Positions 18,947 through 28,293 of a stretch of DNA of 64,000 bases are shown here, in pieces. The notes beneath the pieces are model-generated. The model saw nothing but the letters and a program-made list of their open reading frames with translations. It had not been told where the DNA came from and searched no databases. This DNA is from Patescibacteria group bacterium (lineage in GTDB: Bacteria > Patescibacteriota > Microgenomatia > UBA12405). Position 1 is the stretch's first letter, and every line of letters begins with the position of its first letter. Position numbers and translations under genes: made by a program. The DNA is taken from positions 50,023 through 114,022 of the forward strand of contig JBMNON010000001.1 in the NCBI GenBank assembly GCA_050943115.1. Reading direction: 5' to 3'.

Positions 18947-19005
18947 GGTATGCGTCCTCTGATGAGTATCAGAGCTGATGAGTCCAAAAGGACGAAACGC
19001 AGACC
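18947..19005 (+). ncRNA. Type III hammerhead ribozyme
   Basis: TGCGTC^ (stem III, GUC triplet), stem I CTCTGA(T)/(A)TCAGAG, core CTGATGA 18975-18981, stem II GTCC-AAAA-GGAC, GAAA 18994-18997, CGCA closing stem III. Confidence 0.93.
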
Positions 19006-19015
19006 ATTAAAACTT

Positions 19016-19040
19016 AAGCCCGATTATTCGGGCTTTCTTT
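19016..19040 (+). terminator. Intrinsic terminator after the hammerhead
   Basis: AAGCCCGA-TTAT-TCGGGCTT followed by TCTTT. Confidence 0.7.
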
Positions 19041-19044
19041 GTAA

Positions 19045-19833
19045 ATGACTACAATTGACCTAATCATCCCCGTCTTCAACGAAGAAAAGCGTCTTCAAAA
19101 AACCTTTGAGGCTCTAAATTCTTTTGCCCCTCAAAAAGGCTTGAAAGTCCAAAAAGTCATTTTTATTAATGACGGTTCTGCCGACTCTACTCTAAAACTT
19201 ATCAAAACCACCAAAATTAAATTCAAAAAACATGTTATTTCCTATTCTCAAAACCAAGGTAAAGGTTATGCTGTTAAACAGGGCTTACTTGCTGCCCGAT
19301 CTGACTACGCCCTCTTTTTTGATGCCGATATGTCTACTCCTCTTACTGAAATTAAGAAATTCCTGCCTTATACCAAAAAAGGATGCCCAATCATAATTGG
19401 TACCCGCAAAAACGGCCACTCCACTGTTATTGTTCATCAACCCTTTGTCAGGGAACATTTGGGCCGTATTTTCACTAGACTCTCCCAAATAATCCTGGGC
19501 ACTTCAGTAACCGATTTTACTTGTGGCTTTAAAGCTTTTTCCAAAGAAGCCTACTCCGTAATCGCCCCCCTAATGCAAATAAACCGTTGGGGTTACGACA
19601 GCGAAATCATTTTTATTGCCCAAAAACACCAGCTTCCTATTCAGGAAAAATCAGTTACCTGGTCTGACGAGCCCAACACCAAGGTCAAATTACTAAAAGA
19701 CGGTTTCCGTTCTCTTAACGAACTTTTTCAAATTCGTTTAAACTATTTGAAAGGTAACTATGACCAAACAAACACAAAAAAAACTTGTCACTTCCCCTAT
19801 AACCGCACTCTTCCTACTGAAACTACATCTTAA
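19045..19833 (+). CDS. GT2 polyprenol-phosphate glycosyltransferase (ALG5/DPM-like)
   Basis: IIPVFNEE, NDGS.D, NQGKGYAV, DAD, DFTCGFKAF, WGYDSE. Confidence 0.88.
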   Translation: MTTIDLIIPVFNEEKRLQKTFEALNSFAPQKGLKVQKVIFINDGSADSTLKLIKTTKIKFKKHVISYSQNQGKGYAVKQGLLAARSDYALFFDADMSTPLTEIKKFLPYTKKGCPIIIGTRKNGHSTVIVHQPFVREHLGRIFTRLSQIILGTSVTDFTCGFKAFSKEAYSVIAPLMQINRWGYDSEIIFIAQKHQLPIQEKSVTWSDEPNTKVKLLKDGFRSLNELFQIRLNYLKGNYDQTNTKKTCHFPYNRTLPTETTS

Positions 19834-19934
19834 TCCTAAACACTCAACTTGCCGCTCTTCTGTTACACTTTTATAAATAGTGTCTGTTTTAAAGCTAAAA
19901 TTACAGAACCACTTCCGCCTGCTTATCATTAATT

Positions 19935-21161
19935 ATGGACCATAAATTCGATCTTATTGTTATCAGCAGCTATCCCCCTAAAGGCCAAATCCATGGCAAA
20001 GGTACTGTAGGCGTAGCTATGTGCGCCAAAAACACTCTTCTGTCTATGTCCCGGGGTAAAAATCCTCCCAAAATCCTTGTTCTGGCTGAAAAGTTAATAA
20101 ATTCTCCCCAAAAATACCGCGAAGACAATGTCACTGTCAAAAGATGCTGGCAGAGAAACAGTCTGTCAATTTACTACCATCTTCTCGAAAATCTGCTTCA
20201 AAACCCGACCAACAAAGTTATGATCGAGTTCGAGGTTGCCATGCTTGGCAATCCCCTAATCAACGTCTTCTTCCCATTATTTATCCTGATCCTAAGGCTT
20301 TTTGGTATAAAAATTACCGTTGTCATTCATCAGGTTGTCCTCAACTTTTCTGAAATAAGCGGGCACATCGGTCAAAAAAAGGACAGCCCCAAAAACAATC
20401 TTCTATCCCTTTTGGCCCACGTCTTTTACCGTCTTGTTGTCCTCTTTTCCAACCAAACCATAGTTTTTGAACAGTTTCTCAAAAACCGTCTGGGGATTAA
20501 CGATCCTAAAATTAAAATCGTTCCCCTTGGCGTTGAAAACTATAAATTCCAAAAACCCAAGAATAATAAAACTTTTACCATTACCGTTTTTGGCTTTCTG
20601 GCCTGGTACAAAGGCACCGATTGGATTGTAGAAAAAATCAGCCGCTACCTCGACCGCCATCCCAAAGCTAATCTTAATCTCATTATCGCCGGTGGTCCCA
20701 ATCCCAACCACATCGATAAACCCCACTACCAGCAATTTCTCTCTAAAATTAACCGTCTTTCAGGCAAACACCCCCAAAACATAACCATTACCGGTTTCGT
20801 CCCCGAAGATAAAATAAAGGAATATTACCTTTCCTCCGACCTGATTGTACTTCCTTATCGTGTCGGCATGTCCTCTTCCGGACCCCTGTCCCTGGCTTTT
20901 AGTTACCACACACCTTTTTTAATCTCCGAAAAAATTGCCTTATCTCTCGATACTTTTGATTTTAAACAATCCCTGGAACAATTCTCAATTTCCCCCCGCC
21001 AAGTTACATTTAAGCTGAACTCAAAGGATTTTCTTAATAAGCTAGAACTCCTTGGGAAAAATCCAAAACTTTTAAACCAAATATCACTTGTAAGCCGTGA
21101 TATGTCCCAAAAACGCGACTGGGCTGAAATCGGAAAAATGTACAAAGAAATTGTCCTATAG
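19935..21161 (+). CDS. GT4-family glycosyltransferase
   Basis: SSYPP, FGFLAWYKG, SDLIVLPY....SSGPL. Confidence 0.82.
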   Translation: MDHKFDLIVISSYPPKGQIHGKGTVGVAMCAKNTLLSMSRGKNPPKILVLAEKLINSPQKYREDNVTVKRCWQRNSLSIYYHLLENLLQNPTNKVMIEFEVAMLGNPLINVFFPLFILILRLFGIKITVVIHQVVLNFSEISGHIGQKKDSPKNNLLSLLAHVFYRLVVLFSNQTIVFEQFLKNRLGINDPKIKIVPLGVENYKFQKPKNNKTFTITVFGFLAWYKGTDWIVEKISRYLDRHPKANLNLIIAGGPNPNHIDKPHYQQFLSKINRLSGKHPQNITITGFVPEDKIKEYYLSSDLIVLPYRVGMSSSGPLSLAFSYHTPFLISEKIALSLDTFDFKQSLEQFSISPRQVTFKLNSKDFLNKLELLGKNPKLLNQISLVSRDMSQKRDWAEIGKMYKEIVL

Positions 21162-21362
21162 TTGTAAACTATACGCATTTATTATATAATTCCCCTGTTC
21201 ATAAGAATCTTTAAAAATATTGCATTTTTATAGGATTTTTATGATGCTCTTTGACAGACTGCTAGGATTTGTGACGCAATTATTTAAGCCTATATAATAG
21301 GCTTGGCTATTTGCGTCACAAAAGGTGATGCATATTGTGCATAGAACAAAGGAGAAACTCAG
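21162..21362 (+). promoter_or_regulatory. Promoter, boxA, long hairpin and SD leader
   Basis: TTGTAA, 17 bp, TATAAT (21185); TGCTCTTTGACA 21245-21256; TTTGTGACGCAA...TTGCGTCACAAA hairpin 21268-21322; AAGGAG 21349-21354. Confidence 0.65.
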
Positions 21363-22013
21363 ATGAAGTGGCAAGTTCTTTTAGGTCTTTTCGTTCTGGT
21401 CGTGATGGTCAGCTTCCCGGCTCTTGCCGAAGAGACAAAGACCATCTCCGTCTCAGGAAACACTGCCTGTTTAGCCTTCGTCGCCAACTACGACGGAGCA
21501 GCAACAGTCCATGTGTTGTGGGGCATCCCGGGCACTCCTCGTGAAGATCTTGTCTTCACCGAGCGGACTGTCCTGGTTGTCCCCCCGGAAGGCGCAAATA
21601 CCTTCTGGTTTGGAGGAAGCGAGGAGTTTGTGGTGGCAACTGATCTAACTCCGCTGGGAGAAGATTGGTATGCTATACCTCAAGTCCTGCAACCGACACC
21701 AGAACCGACTCCGCAACCGACTCCTGCACCGACATTCGATGTTTTCCTCCCCCTTGTCTTCTCGCCCCCCAGCACCATTACCATCGAACGTGATGGTAAC
21801 AATCTGGTCTTACGGGCCTCTAGGCAACCAAGTACCGACCTCTATCTCCTCTGGGGAGTGGAAAACACACCTCGACATAACCTGGTTTTCATCAATCAGG
21901 TCGCTACCACACCGATTCCCCAAGGGGCACAAACCTTCTGGTTTGCCGCACCCAACTTCAGGGTAAATACCAACTTTCAGGACCTCGGTTCTGATTGGTA
22001 CCAAATCCCCTGA
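21363..22013 (+). CDS. Secreted protein with two tandem homologous domains
   Basis: Signal peptide; repeat LWG...TPR..LVF....P.GA.TFWF.....LG.DWY.IP occurs twice, joined by a PT linker and VFLPLV. Confidence 0.78.
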   Translation: MKWQVLLGLFVLVVMVSFPALAEETKTISVSGNTACLAFVANYDGAATVHVLWGIPGTPREDLVFTERTVLVVPPEGANTFWFGGSEEFVVATDLTPLGEDWYAIPQVLQPTPEPTPQPTPAPTFDVFLPLVFSPPSTITIERDGNNLVLRASRQPSTDLYLLWGVENTPRHNLVFINQVATTPIPQGAQTFWFAAPNFRVNTNFQDLGSDWYQIP

Positions 22014-22133
22014 TTTCCATGCCAAGCAGGGCGGCTGCCTCCAGGCTCGCCGCCCTGCCTCGGCCTCTCCTCCCCCGCACCACCCACTAGCAGTCTGTTT
22101 ATAATAAAGTAAGGAATTTATTTATCCTGCCTC

Positions 22134-24827
22134 ATGAAACTAGTCAAAACCATCTGGCCTCAAATTTTTCTCACCCTTATCTTAGGATTGGTCTTCTATC
22201 AAAACTATACTCCCGGCACCTACCTTACCGGCTGGGACAACCTTCACCCCGAATTCAATTTACCTGCCAATATTAAACGTTCTATCTTTTCCACCTGGCA
22301 AGAATACCAGGGTCTGGGGCTTTTAGCCGGCATGGCCCACGCCGCCGATCTCCCCCGTCAGCTTTTCCTTCTCCTCATCTCACCTCTAGTCCCCATTGAT
22401 CTATTAAGATACGTTTATCATTTTCTCCTAATTGGCCTTGGCACTTTTGGCGTTTATTATCTTGGCCTTTTTGTCACCCAAAATAAATCAAAAATTCCCT
22501 CATTTATCGGCGCCCTTTTTTATCTCCTTAATTTCGGCTCCATCCAATATCTTTCCCTGCCTTTCGAACCCTATACCACCTTCTGGGGCTTCCTGCCCTG
22601 GCTGATTTTGTCTCTTTTCTGTCTTCTTAAATCAAACACTAAAAAGAACTTTTTAATTTTCATCTTGCTCAATTTCTTGGCAGTCCCCTCTTTTTATGTC
22701 CAAACAATTTTTTTGGTTTACCTTATTTCTGTTATATTAATCCTCTTTCTCCAACATCTTCCCACCAATACTACTAACCATATCAAATTATCTCTCCTCA
22801 TCGTTTTTAGCATTCTTGTAGTTAACTCCTTCTGGCTCCTGCCCAATATTTACTTTACCCTATCCAAAGTCTCCGTCACCCAAAACGCCATGATAAATCT
22901 CATGGTCACCGACCAGTTTATCGAACAAAATTACCACCGGGGAAAAATCACCGACTTTATCCCCCTCCGCTTCCTTTACTATGACATAAAAGATAACCAG
23001 CAAAACCCTCCCATTCCCCTTTTCAATACCTGGCACCAGCATTTTTCCTCACCCCTCATTGTCGCTATCTCCTATCTATTTTTCTCCCTTGTCCTACTGG
23101 GCGCCATCTTTTCCAAAAACCGATATAAAAGATATTTCACCACTCTCCTCCTTTTTACCCTAATGGGCCTTCTTTCAGCTACTTTCCCCTTCAATCTGCT
23201 CAATACCATTCTTCGTGCCACCCCCCTGCTTAGCCAGATTTTCCGTAATTCTTTTACCAAACTTATCGTTCCCTGCCTTGTCTCCCTGTCGATACTATTG
23301 ACTTTTAGTCTGGATTTCCTGCCTAAAATTGCCCAGAAGTTCTCCATCCTTCTGCTACCCCTTCTTTTTATATTTTCTCTTCCGGCATTTAAAGGCAACT
23401 ATATCCATCCCCAAATGCGAAACAGCATCCCCGTAGAGTATTTTGAACTTTTTTCCTTCCTCAAAAACGTATCTACCCATTCCCGCATTATGAACCTGCC
23501 CCAATACAGTTTTTGGGGCTGGACAACTTACAGATGGGGGCCAACCGGTTCCGGTTTTCTCTGGTATGGCATCGACCAGCCAATTATGGACCGAGCTTTT
23601 GATGTCTGGAGTTCTGAACTGGAAAACTACTATTGGCAACTTCACTACGCTCTCCTCACGGAAAACCAAAACCAATTTAACCAAATCCTTGAAAAATATA
23701 ACATTGGCTACGTCCTTTTCGATAAAAATGTCATTCTGCCGGACGCTGGCAGCTCCAGTCGGATTGTCAGGGATACCGAAAACCTCTTATACCATTCCCA
23801 GCTTCTGGAACCGCAAGAAAGCTTTGGTCAAATTACGCTCTTTAAAGTCAAAAATCCTCCCCAAATCATCAACAATGTTACGATTCTCGACAACCCCCAA
23901 AACATTAATAATCCCGAACAGTTCCAGCACCTAGACCAAGCCTATTCCGACTTTGGTCCCTATATTACCTCAGGCTCTAATACCCAAATCCTCTATCCTT
24001 TTGGATCCCTTTTTACCAACCGCCCCGAAAAACCCGGCTTTTTACTCTCTCATTCTGATAGTTCCCAAACCATCCTGCTTTCTTCCGAATATAGCTCCCA
24101 CTCTCAAACTATTTCCCCCTCTTGGGAAAGTTGCCAGGGAACCCAAAAACTCCTCAATGCCCAAAACGAAGAAAAAACCTCTTTCTTTAGCTGTCAGTCG
24201 GATCTCGTCACTAATACCGCCTACCTCATAAAAATCACCGCGAACAACACCTCAAATCGCCCTCTTCTCTTCAAGGTCTTTTCTTTACTTGACAATCGTC
24301 TTTATGCTGACAGTCGGATTACAGAAAACGGCCGTTCTGAAACTTTAATCGTCGTCCCTCCCGGCAATAAATTTGATCAGGGTATCGGAATTAATTTTTC
24401 CAGCAATTCTTATTCAAATAAAACATCAAACAATCTTATCGAAGATGTCTCCATTTCCCCCATGCCCTATCACAGTCTTATCAGTCTCAAAACTCCCGTT
24501 ACTGAAAACCATAGCCCTGCCTTGACTTCACCCTTTAATGTTAAGCAGCCGAATCAAACCTTTTACAAAATCAACTTGGGCAGTTTACCCCACAAACCCA
24601 CCCTGGCTCTCTTCCAGTCCTACCACCCCGGCTGGTTGGCCTTCTCTCTAAACCCTCTACCCCAAATCCTAAAGCAACATTATCATCTTAGTAACTGGGC
24701 TAATGGCTGGCATCTTGAAAACAACCTAAGTAATCAAACCGTTTACGTGATATTCCTACCCCAACTCCTTCAATATATTGCTTTTTTCTTTACACCTCCC
24801 TTGCTCCTTCTAATCCTAAGAAAATAA
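22134..24827 (+). CDS. Multi-pass GT-C type membrane protein (AftD/YfhO-like)
   Basis: About 12 TM helices, GWD, QSYHPGW, NWANGW, C-terminal TM. Confidence 0.72.
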   Translation: MKLVKTIWPQIFLTLILGLVFYQNYTPGTYLTGWDNLHPEFNLPANIKRSIFSTWQEYQGLGLLAGMAHAADLPRQLFLLLISPLVPIDLLRYVYHFLLIGLGTFGVYYLGLFVTQNKSKIPSFIGALFYLLNFGSIQYLSLPFEPYTTFWGFLPWLILSLFCLLKSNTKKNFLIFILLNFLAVPSFYVQTIFLVYLISVILILFLQHLPTNTTNHIKLSLLIVFSILVVNSFWLLPNIYFTLSKVSVTQNAMINLMVTDQFIEQNYHRGKITDFIPLRFLYYDIKDNQQNPPIPLFNTWHQHFSSPLIVAISYLFFSLVLLGAIFSKNRYKRYFTTLLLFTLMGLLSATFPFNLLNTILRATPLLSQIFRNSFTKLIVPCLVSLSILLTFSLDFLPKIAQKFSILLLPLLFIFSLPAFKGNYIHPQMRNSIPVEYFELFSFLKNVSTHSRIMNLPQYSFWGWTTYRWGPTGSGFLWYGIDQPIMDRAFDVWSSELENYYWQLHYALLTENQNQFNQILEKYNIGYVLFDKNVILPDAGSSSRIVRDTENLLYHSQLLEPQESFGQITLFKVKNPPQIINNVTILDNPQNINNPEQFQHLDQAYSDFGPYITSGSNTQILYPFGSLFTNRPEKPGFLLSHSDSSQTILLSSEYSSHSQTISPSWESCQGTQKLLNAQNEEKTSFFSCQSDLVTNTAYLIKITANNTSNRPLLFKVFSLLDNRLYADSRITENGRSETLIVVPPGNKFDQGIGINFSSNSYSNKTSNNLIEDVSISPMPYHSLISLKTPVTENHSPALTSPFNVKQPNQTFYKINLGSLPHKPTLALFQSYHPGWLAFSLNPLPQILKQHYHLSNWANGWHLENNLSNQTVYVIFLPQLLQYIAFFFTPPLLLLILRK

Positions 24828-24849
24828 TACCAAGATAATATCCTATAAC

Positions 24850-25114
24850 TTGATTTTATTGTCTTTTTGATGTATAATTCCTACATACTAACAACCGTTA
24901 GTAGATCTTTAACAGTATTGGTATTCTTCACCAAATATTGCTTTTGGAGTATGAGTCCAATACAGTTCTTTTACATGACAGGTCAGGGTTTGGGAATTGG
25001 TCTTATAGTTGGGCCCTTAAGGCCGACAAGGTGTTTGTCGGTCCTAAGGGCTACAACTATCAACTGACCCTATCCCGGGCCCTAGGGTCACAAGTATCGC
25101 TCGAAAGGAGCAAC
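24850..25114 (+). promoter_or_regulatory. Promoter, boxA, hairpin-rich leader and SD
   Basis: TTGATT, 17 bp, TATAAT (24873); GATCTTTAACAG 24904-24915; long stem ATAGTTG..GCCCTT..GCCGACA/TGTCGGT..AAGGGC..CAACTAT; AAGGAG 25105-25110. Confidence 0.65.
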
Positions 25115-25777
25115 ATGGTCATCAGCTGGAGTAACATCATTCTGTTTCTTGCGGGGATCGGAATCATCTTCATCGCTTTTCTTGCTTTGGGCGGAGCCAT
25201 CTACTGGTGGTTCTTTAAGAAGCCCACGGAAGAGCAACCCGAAGAGGTCGAGCCTGCCCCCCGACGCCGAGAGGAACACGACGAACCCGTCGTCGAACGT
25301 ACGACTGTACGTCGTGAGACTACGGTTCGCCCCGCGCGTCCACGAGAAGCCGTCATCGAAGAAGAGGTGGAAACTCGTCCCGTCGTCCGTCGTCGTCCGG
25401 CCACCCCCCCCGTTGTCCGCCGTCGTGCTCCAGCCCCCCCCAAGGAGGTAACCTCCTTCAACGAGGCTACCGACAAACTGGTGGATTATGTCGATCGCTA
25501 CGACACGAAAGAGATCCAGCTCCAACGGGACATTCGTCCTGCCTGGTCGGCTTTTCGAAGCTCCCTCGACGCGGCCGTTTCTGTCGGTGACAATCCGAAG
25601 ATCAACGTCACGAAAGTGGCCAAAATCCTCATTGACGCCGAGCAGGACGCCGCCAAGCGAAGCATGCCGGGCTACGCTCGAGAGTTCAGGTCCTACCTGA
25701 AGCAGCTCAACGTGGAGATCACCGAAGAGTCTTCGGACAAATCGGATGTACCACCTCCTCCCGCTCTCTCCGACTGA
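25115..25777 (+). CDS. Single-pass membrane protein with R/P/E-rich disordered region, GC-rich
   Basis: Start reassigned to ATG 25115 after SD; TM, PVVRRR repeats, helical C-domain. Confidence 0.75.
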   Translation: MVISWSNIILFLAGIGIIFIAFLALGGAIYWWFFKKPTEEQPEEVEPAPRRREEHDEPVVERTTVRRETTVRPARPREAVIEEEVETRPVVRRRPATPPVVRRRAPAPPKEVTSFNEATDKLVDYVDRYDTKEIQLQRDIRPAWSAFRSSLDAAVSVGDNPKINVTKVAKILIDAEQDAAKRSMPGYAREFRSYLKQLNVEITEESSDKSDVPPPPALSD

Positions 25778-25910
25778 CCCTCAACCTGTCATAACCGCGC
25801 ACTGCGCAAAATTTGGACCCTTTGGGGACCATCTTTTGTAATGTGCGCGGCTTGACCTTTGTCCAAAAATTATTTTTTAGCCAGAGGCCAAGCCCTAAAT
25901 TTTATAATTC

Positions 25911-25946
25911 AACAAAAAGCAGTCTTGAAGGGACTGCTTTTTTGTT
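25911..25946 (+). terminator. Bidirectional intrinsic terminator
   Basis: AACAAAAAGCAGTC...GACTGCTTTTTTGTT. Confidence 0.8.
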
Positions 25947-26144
25947 AGTCTCAAAATAGTCCTATAATAATAGTTTATTATTCCCTAGTTTCAGGCAATT
26001 ATTTGGCAATAACGCCATCCCTAATTTCTTGAAACTTTATTGTTCTTTGACAACCGACCGTAACTGATACAGCCAGAAAAGCTGATAAAAATCTTCTCGA
26101 TTTTTCTGGCTGTTTCAGACTTTTTCACAAGAAGGGAGTCACTC

Positions 26145-26264
26145 ATGTATCGCCTCCGCATGTTCACCCCGGCGACCATCCTTACCCTCGTCTTCGTAGT
26201 ACTGGTTTTGATTCTAACTGCTCTTGTCCTAAATCCCAATACCCAGCTTATTCTTATCAACTAG
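26145..26264 (+). CDS. 39-aa hydrophobic membrane peptide (not in ORF track)
   Basis: MYRLRMFTPATILTLVFVVLVLILTALVLNPNTQLILIN; SD AAGGGAG; boxA TGTTCTTTGACAA at 26041; hairpins on both sides. Confidence 0.55.
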   Translation: MYRLRMFTPATILTLVFVVLVLILTALVLNPNTQLILIN

Positions 26265-26336
26265 TCTCTCCGGCTCCCGGAAAACCCCCGTTTTTCGGGA
26301 GCCTCCCTCTTTGGGAAATCTCACGCGGTCGGTTGT

Positions 26337-27539
26337 CTACAAACTCTTCACCAAAATTTTTACTTCTTGTCCTATCGTTCCTTTGCTCTCGCCCCGGATT
26401 AGCCTGTCAATTAACTCCCCTGTTTTTCGGAATTCCTCAACTCCAAACCCCCTTGTTGTCATCGCCGGACTTCCCAGTCGAATTCCTGAAGGCTTCATTG
26501 GGCTCCCTTCGTCGTGGGGTATGGTATTCGCGTTACAGACTATCCCGGCCTCTTCCAGCGCCACCGCCACTTCCTTGCCCTTTTCCTTACCTACGTCCAC
26601 CACCATTAGATGGTTTTCCGTACCAAACACCTTATAACCCCTCCTTTTTAACTCCTCAGCCAAGGCTTTTGCATTCTCCACCACTCTTTTTACATAATTT
26701 TGAAACTCAGGTTTTATTGCTTCTCCGAACACTATGGCCATTGCCGCCACAGCATTCTCGTGTGGCCCACCCTGCAACCCCGGGAATACGGCCCGATCAA
26801 TTTTCTTTGCTAAATCCGCATCTCTCTCCAAGCCCTTATCCGTAACTGCCACAAATGCCCCTCTCGGTCCTCGCAATGTCTTGTGCGTTGTTGATGTCAC
26901 AACGTGCGCATAATCTACCGGACTCGGATGAACGCCTCCGGTTACCAACCCGACTATGTGAGAAATGTCTGCCACCAACCAAGCCCCGACACTCTCGGCA
27001 ATTTTCCCAAATCTCACAAAATCCAGGACATACGGATAAGCCGTTGTTCCGGCTATGATCATTTTTGGTCTGTTTTGTTCTACTAATTGTTGCAATTTGT
27101 CATAGTCTATACGCCCATCTTCCTCCACATCATATTGGACACTATCAAAAAATTTCCCCGAAAAAGTGATCTTGGGGTGACCATGGGTCAAATGTCCCCC
27201 GGCTGACAACTTCAATCCGCAAATTCTATCTCCCCGTTCCAGTAAGGCCATCTGCACTGCACTGTTTGCCGGACTGCCAGAATAAGGTTGGACGTTCATA
27301 TGAGGTACTCCCAATAACCTTTTCCCTCTTTCTACTGCCTCATTTTCCACTTCATCTACTATCTCGTTTCCCTGGTAATAACGCTTGCCCGGATAACCCT
27401 CGGCGTATTTATTTGTCAACACACTTCCCAAAGCTCTCCTCACCTCATCTGAAGCAAAATTTTCGCTTGGTATCAAATGAATGCAATTTTTCTGCCTTTC
27501 CTCTTCCCTTTTTATTAAGTTAAGAATTTTCTCGTCCAT
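26337..27539 (-). CDS. glyA: Serine hydroxymethyltransferase
   Basis: LIPSENF, NKYAEGYPGKRYY, GGHLTHG, STTHKTLRGPRG, FPGLQGGP. Confidence 0.97.
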   Translation of the reverse strand: MDEKILNLIKREEERQKNCIHLIPSENFASDEVRRALGSVLTNKYAEGYPGKRYYQGNEIVDEVENEAVERGKRLLGVPHMNVQPYSGSPANSAVQMALLERGDRICGLKLSAGGHLTHGHPKITFSGKFFDSVQYDVEEDGRIDYDKLQQLVEQNRPKMIIAGTTAYPYVLDFVRFGKIAESVGAWLVADISHIVGLVTGGVHPSPVDYAHVVTSTTHKTLRGPRGAFVAVTDKGLERDADLAKKIDRAVFPGLQGGPHENAVAAMAIVFGEAIKPEFQNYVKRVVENAKALAEELKRRGYKVFGTENHLMVVDVGKEKGKEVAVALEEAGIVCNANTIPHDEGSPMKPSGIRLGSPAMTTRGFGVEEFRKTGELIDRLIRGESKGTIGQEVKILVKSL

Positions 27540-27651
27540 TCCCTATTTTACATCCTAATACCCGATTCTATTTTCTCAGTTTCTCCGTATCCGCATATTT
27601 CAAATTAATTTTCTTACTAACAAGCCCTCGCAAAATCTATATAATCAGTCC

Positions 27652-28293
27652 ATGTCTTTACAAAACGGTGAAATAATTGGCTATGTCGGTCCGATGAAAT
27701 CCGGCAAGTCCGCCAAGCTAATTGAAATTGCTTCCAGAAACGAAACTCTTGGTCTGACCACCCTGGCTTTTTATCCGGAAATCGATTGCCGTTGTCATCC
27801 GGATACTATTCAATCACGCCGCGGCACTAACTCTCCCGCCTTCCCTGTTTCCTGCACCAATCCGGAAGATGTCTTGTGGATGGTTAGTCAGGAAAAACAA
27901 CGCGTCCACACCGTTATCTTTGATGAAATGCAGTTCTTTGCCCCGGAATATTCTGATGCCATTCGGGATTTGGCTAATTCTGACATCAAAGTAATTTACG
28001 GCGGACTGCTTCATGATTTTAGAGGCGAATTCTTCCCTGTTGTCAAAAAATTATTATCCTGTTCTGACAGAGTCCACTCTCTTTCAGCCCACTGCGATTA
28101 CCGTATAAACGGTCATACTTGCACCAGACCTGCCACCAGAACTCAAAGATTAATCAACGGAGAACCTGCTCCCTATAATAGCCCCGTCGTCGTCATCGAT
28201 AGTTCAAACAACACTTCCGTCACTTACGAAGCCAGATGTACCCAGCATTGGACCGTTCCGGGTCTTCCGGAATCCAGAAGAAAAATATTTTAG
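27652..28293 (+). CDS. tdk: Thymidine kinase (TK1 type)
   Basis: GPMKSGKS, DEMQFF, DFRGEFF, YEARC. Confidence 0.93.
   Translation: MSLQNGEIIGYVGPMKSGKSAKLIEIASRNETLGLTTLAFYPEIDCRCHPDTIQSRRGTNSPAFPVSCTNPEDVLWMVSQEKQRVHTVIFDEMQFFAPEYSDAIRDLANSDIKVIYGGLLHDFRGEFFPVVKKLLSCSDRVHSLSAHCDYRINGHTCTRPATRTQRLINGEPAPYNSPVVVIDSSNNTSVTYEARCTQHWTVPGLPESRRKIF

Noticed and set aside
24938-25114. ORF-track N-terminal extensions (also 3482-3640, 18198-18290, 8581-8694, 15047-15115)
   Set aside because: They run through hairpin leaders or a tRNA; downstream ATGs with SD or signal peptides are better starts
25788-25856. attC/integron interpretation of the cassette-like genes
   Set aside because: No RYYYAAC...GTTRRRY ends recognised, genes have their own promoters and are dispersed, and no integrase is in the window
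25880-25900. AAGCCCTAA resembling pistol or twister ribozyme motifs
   Set aside because: No complementary pseudoknot partner or surrounding stems found
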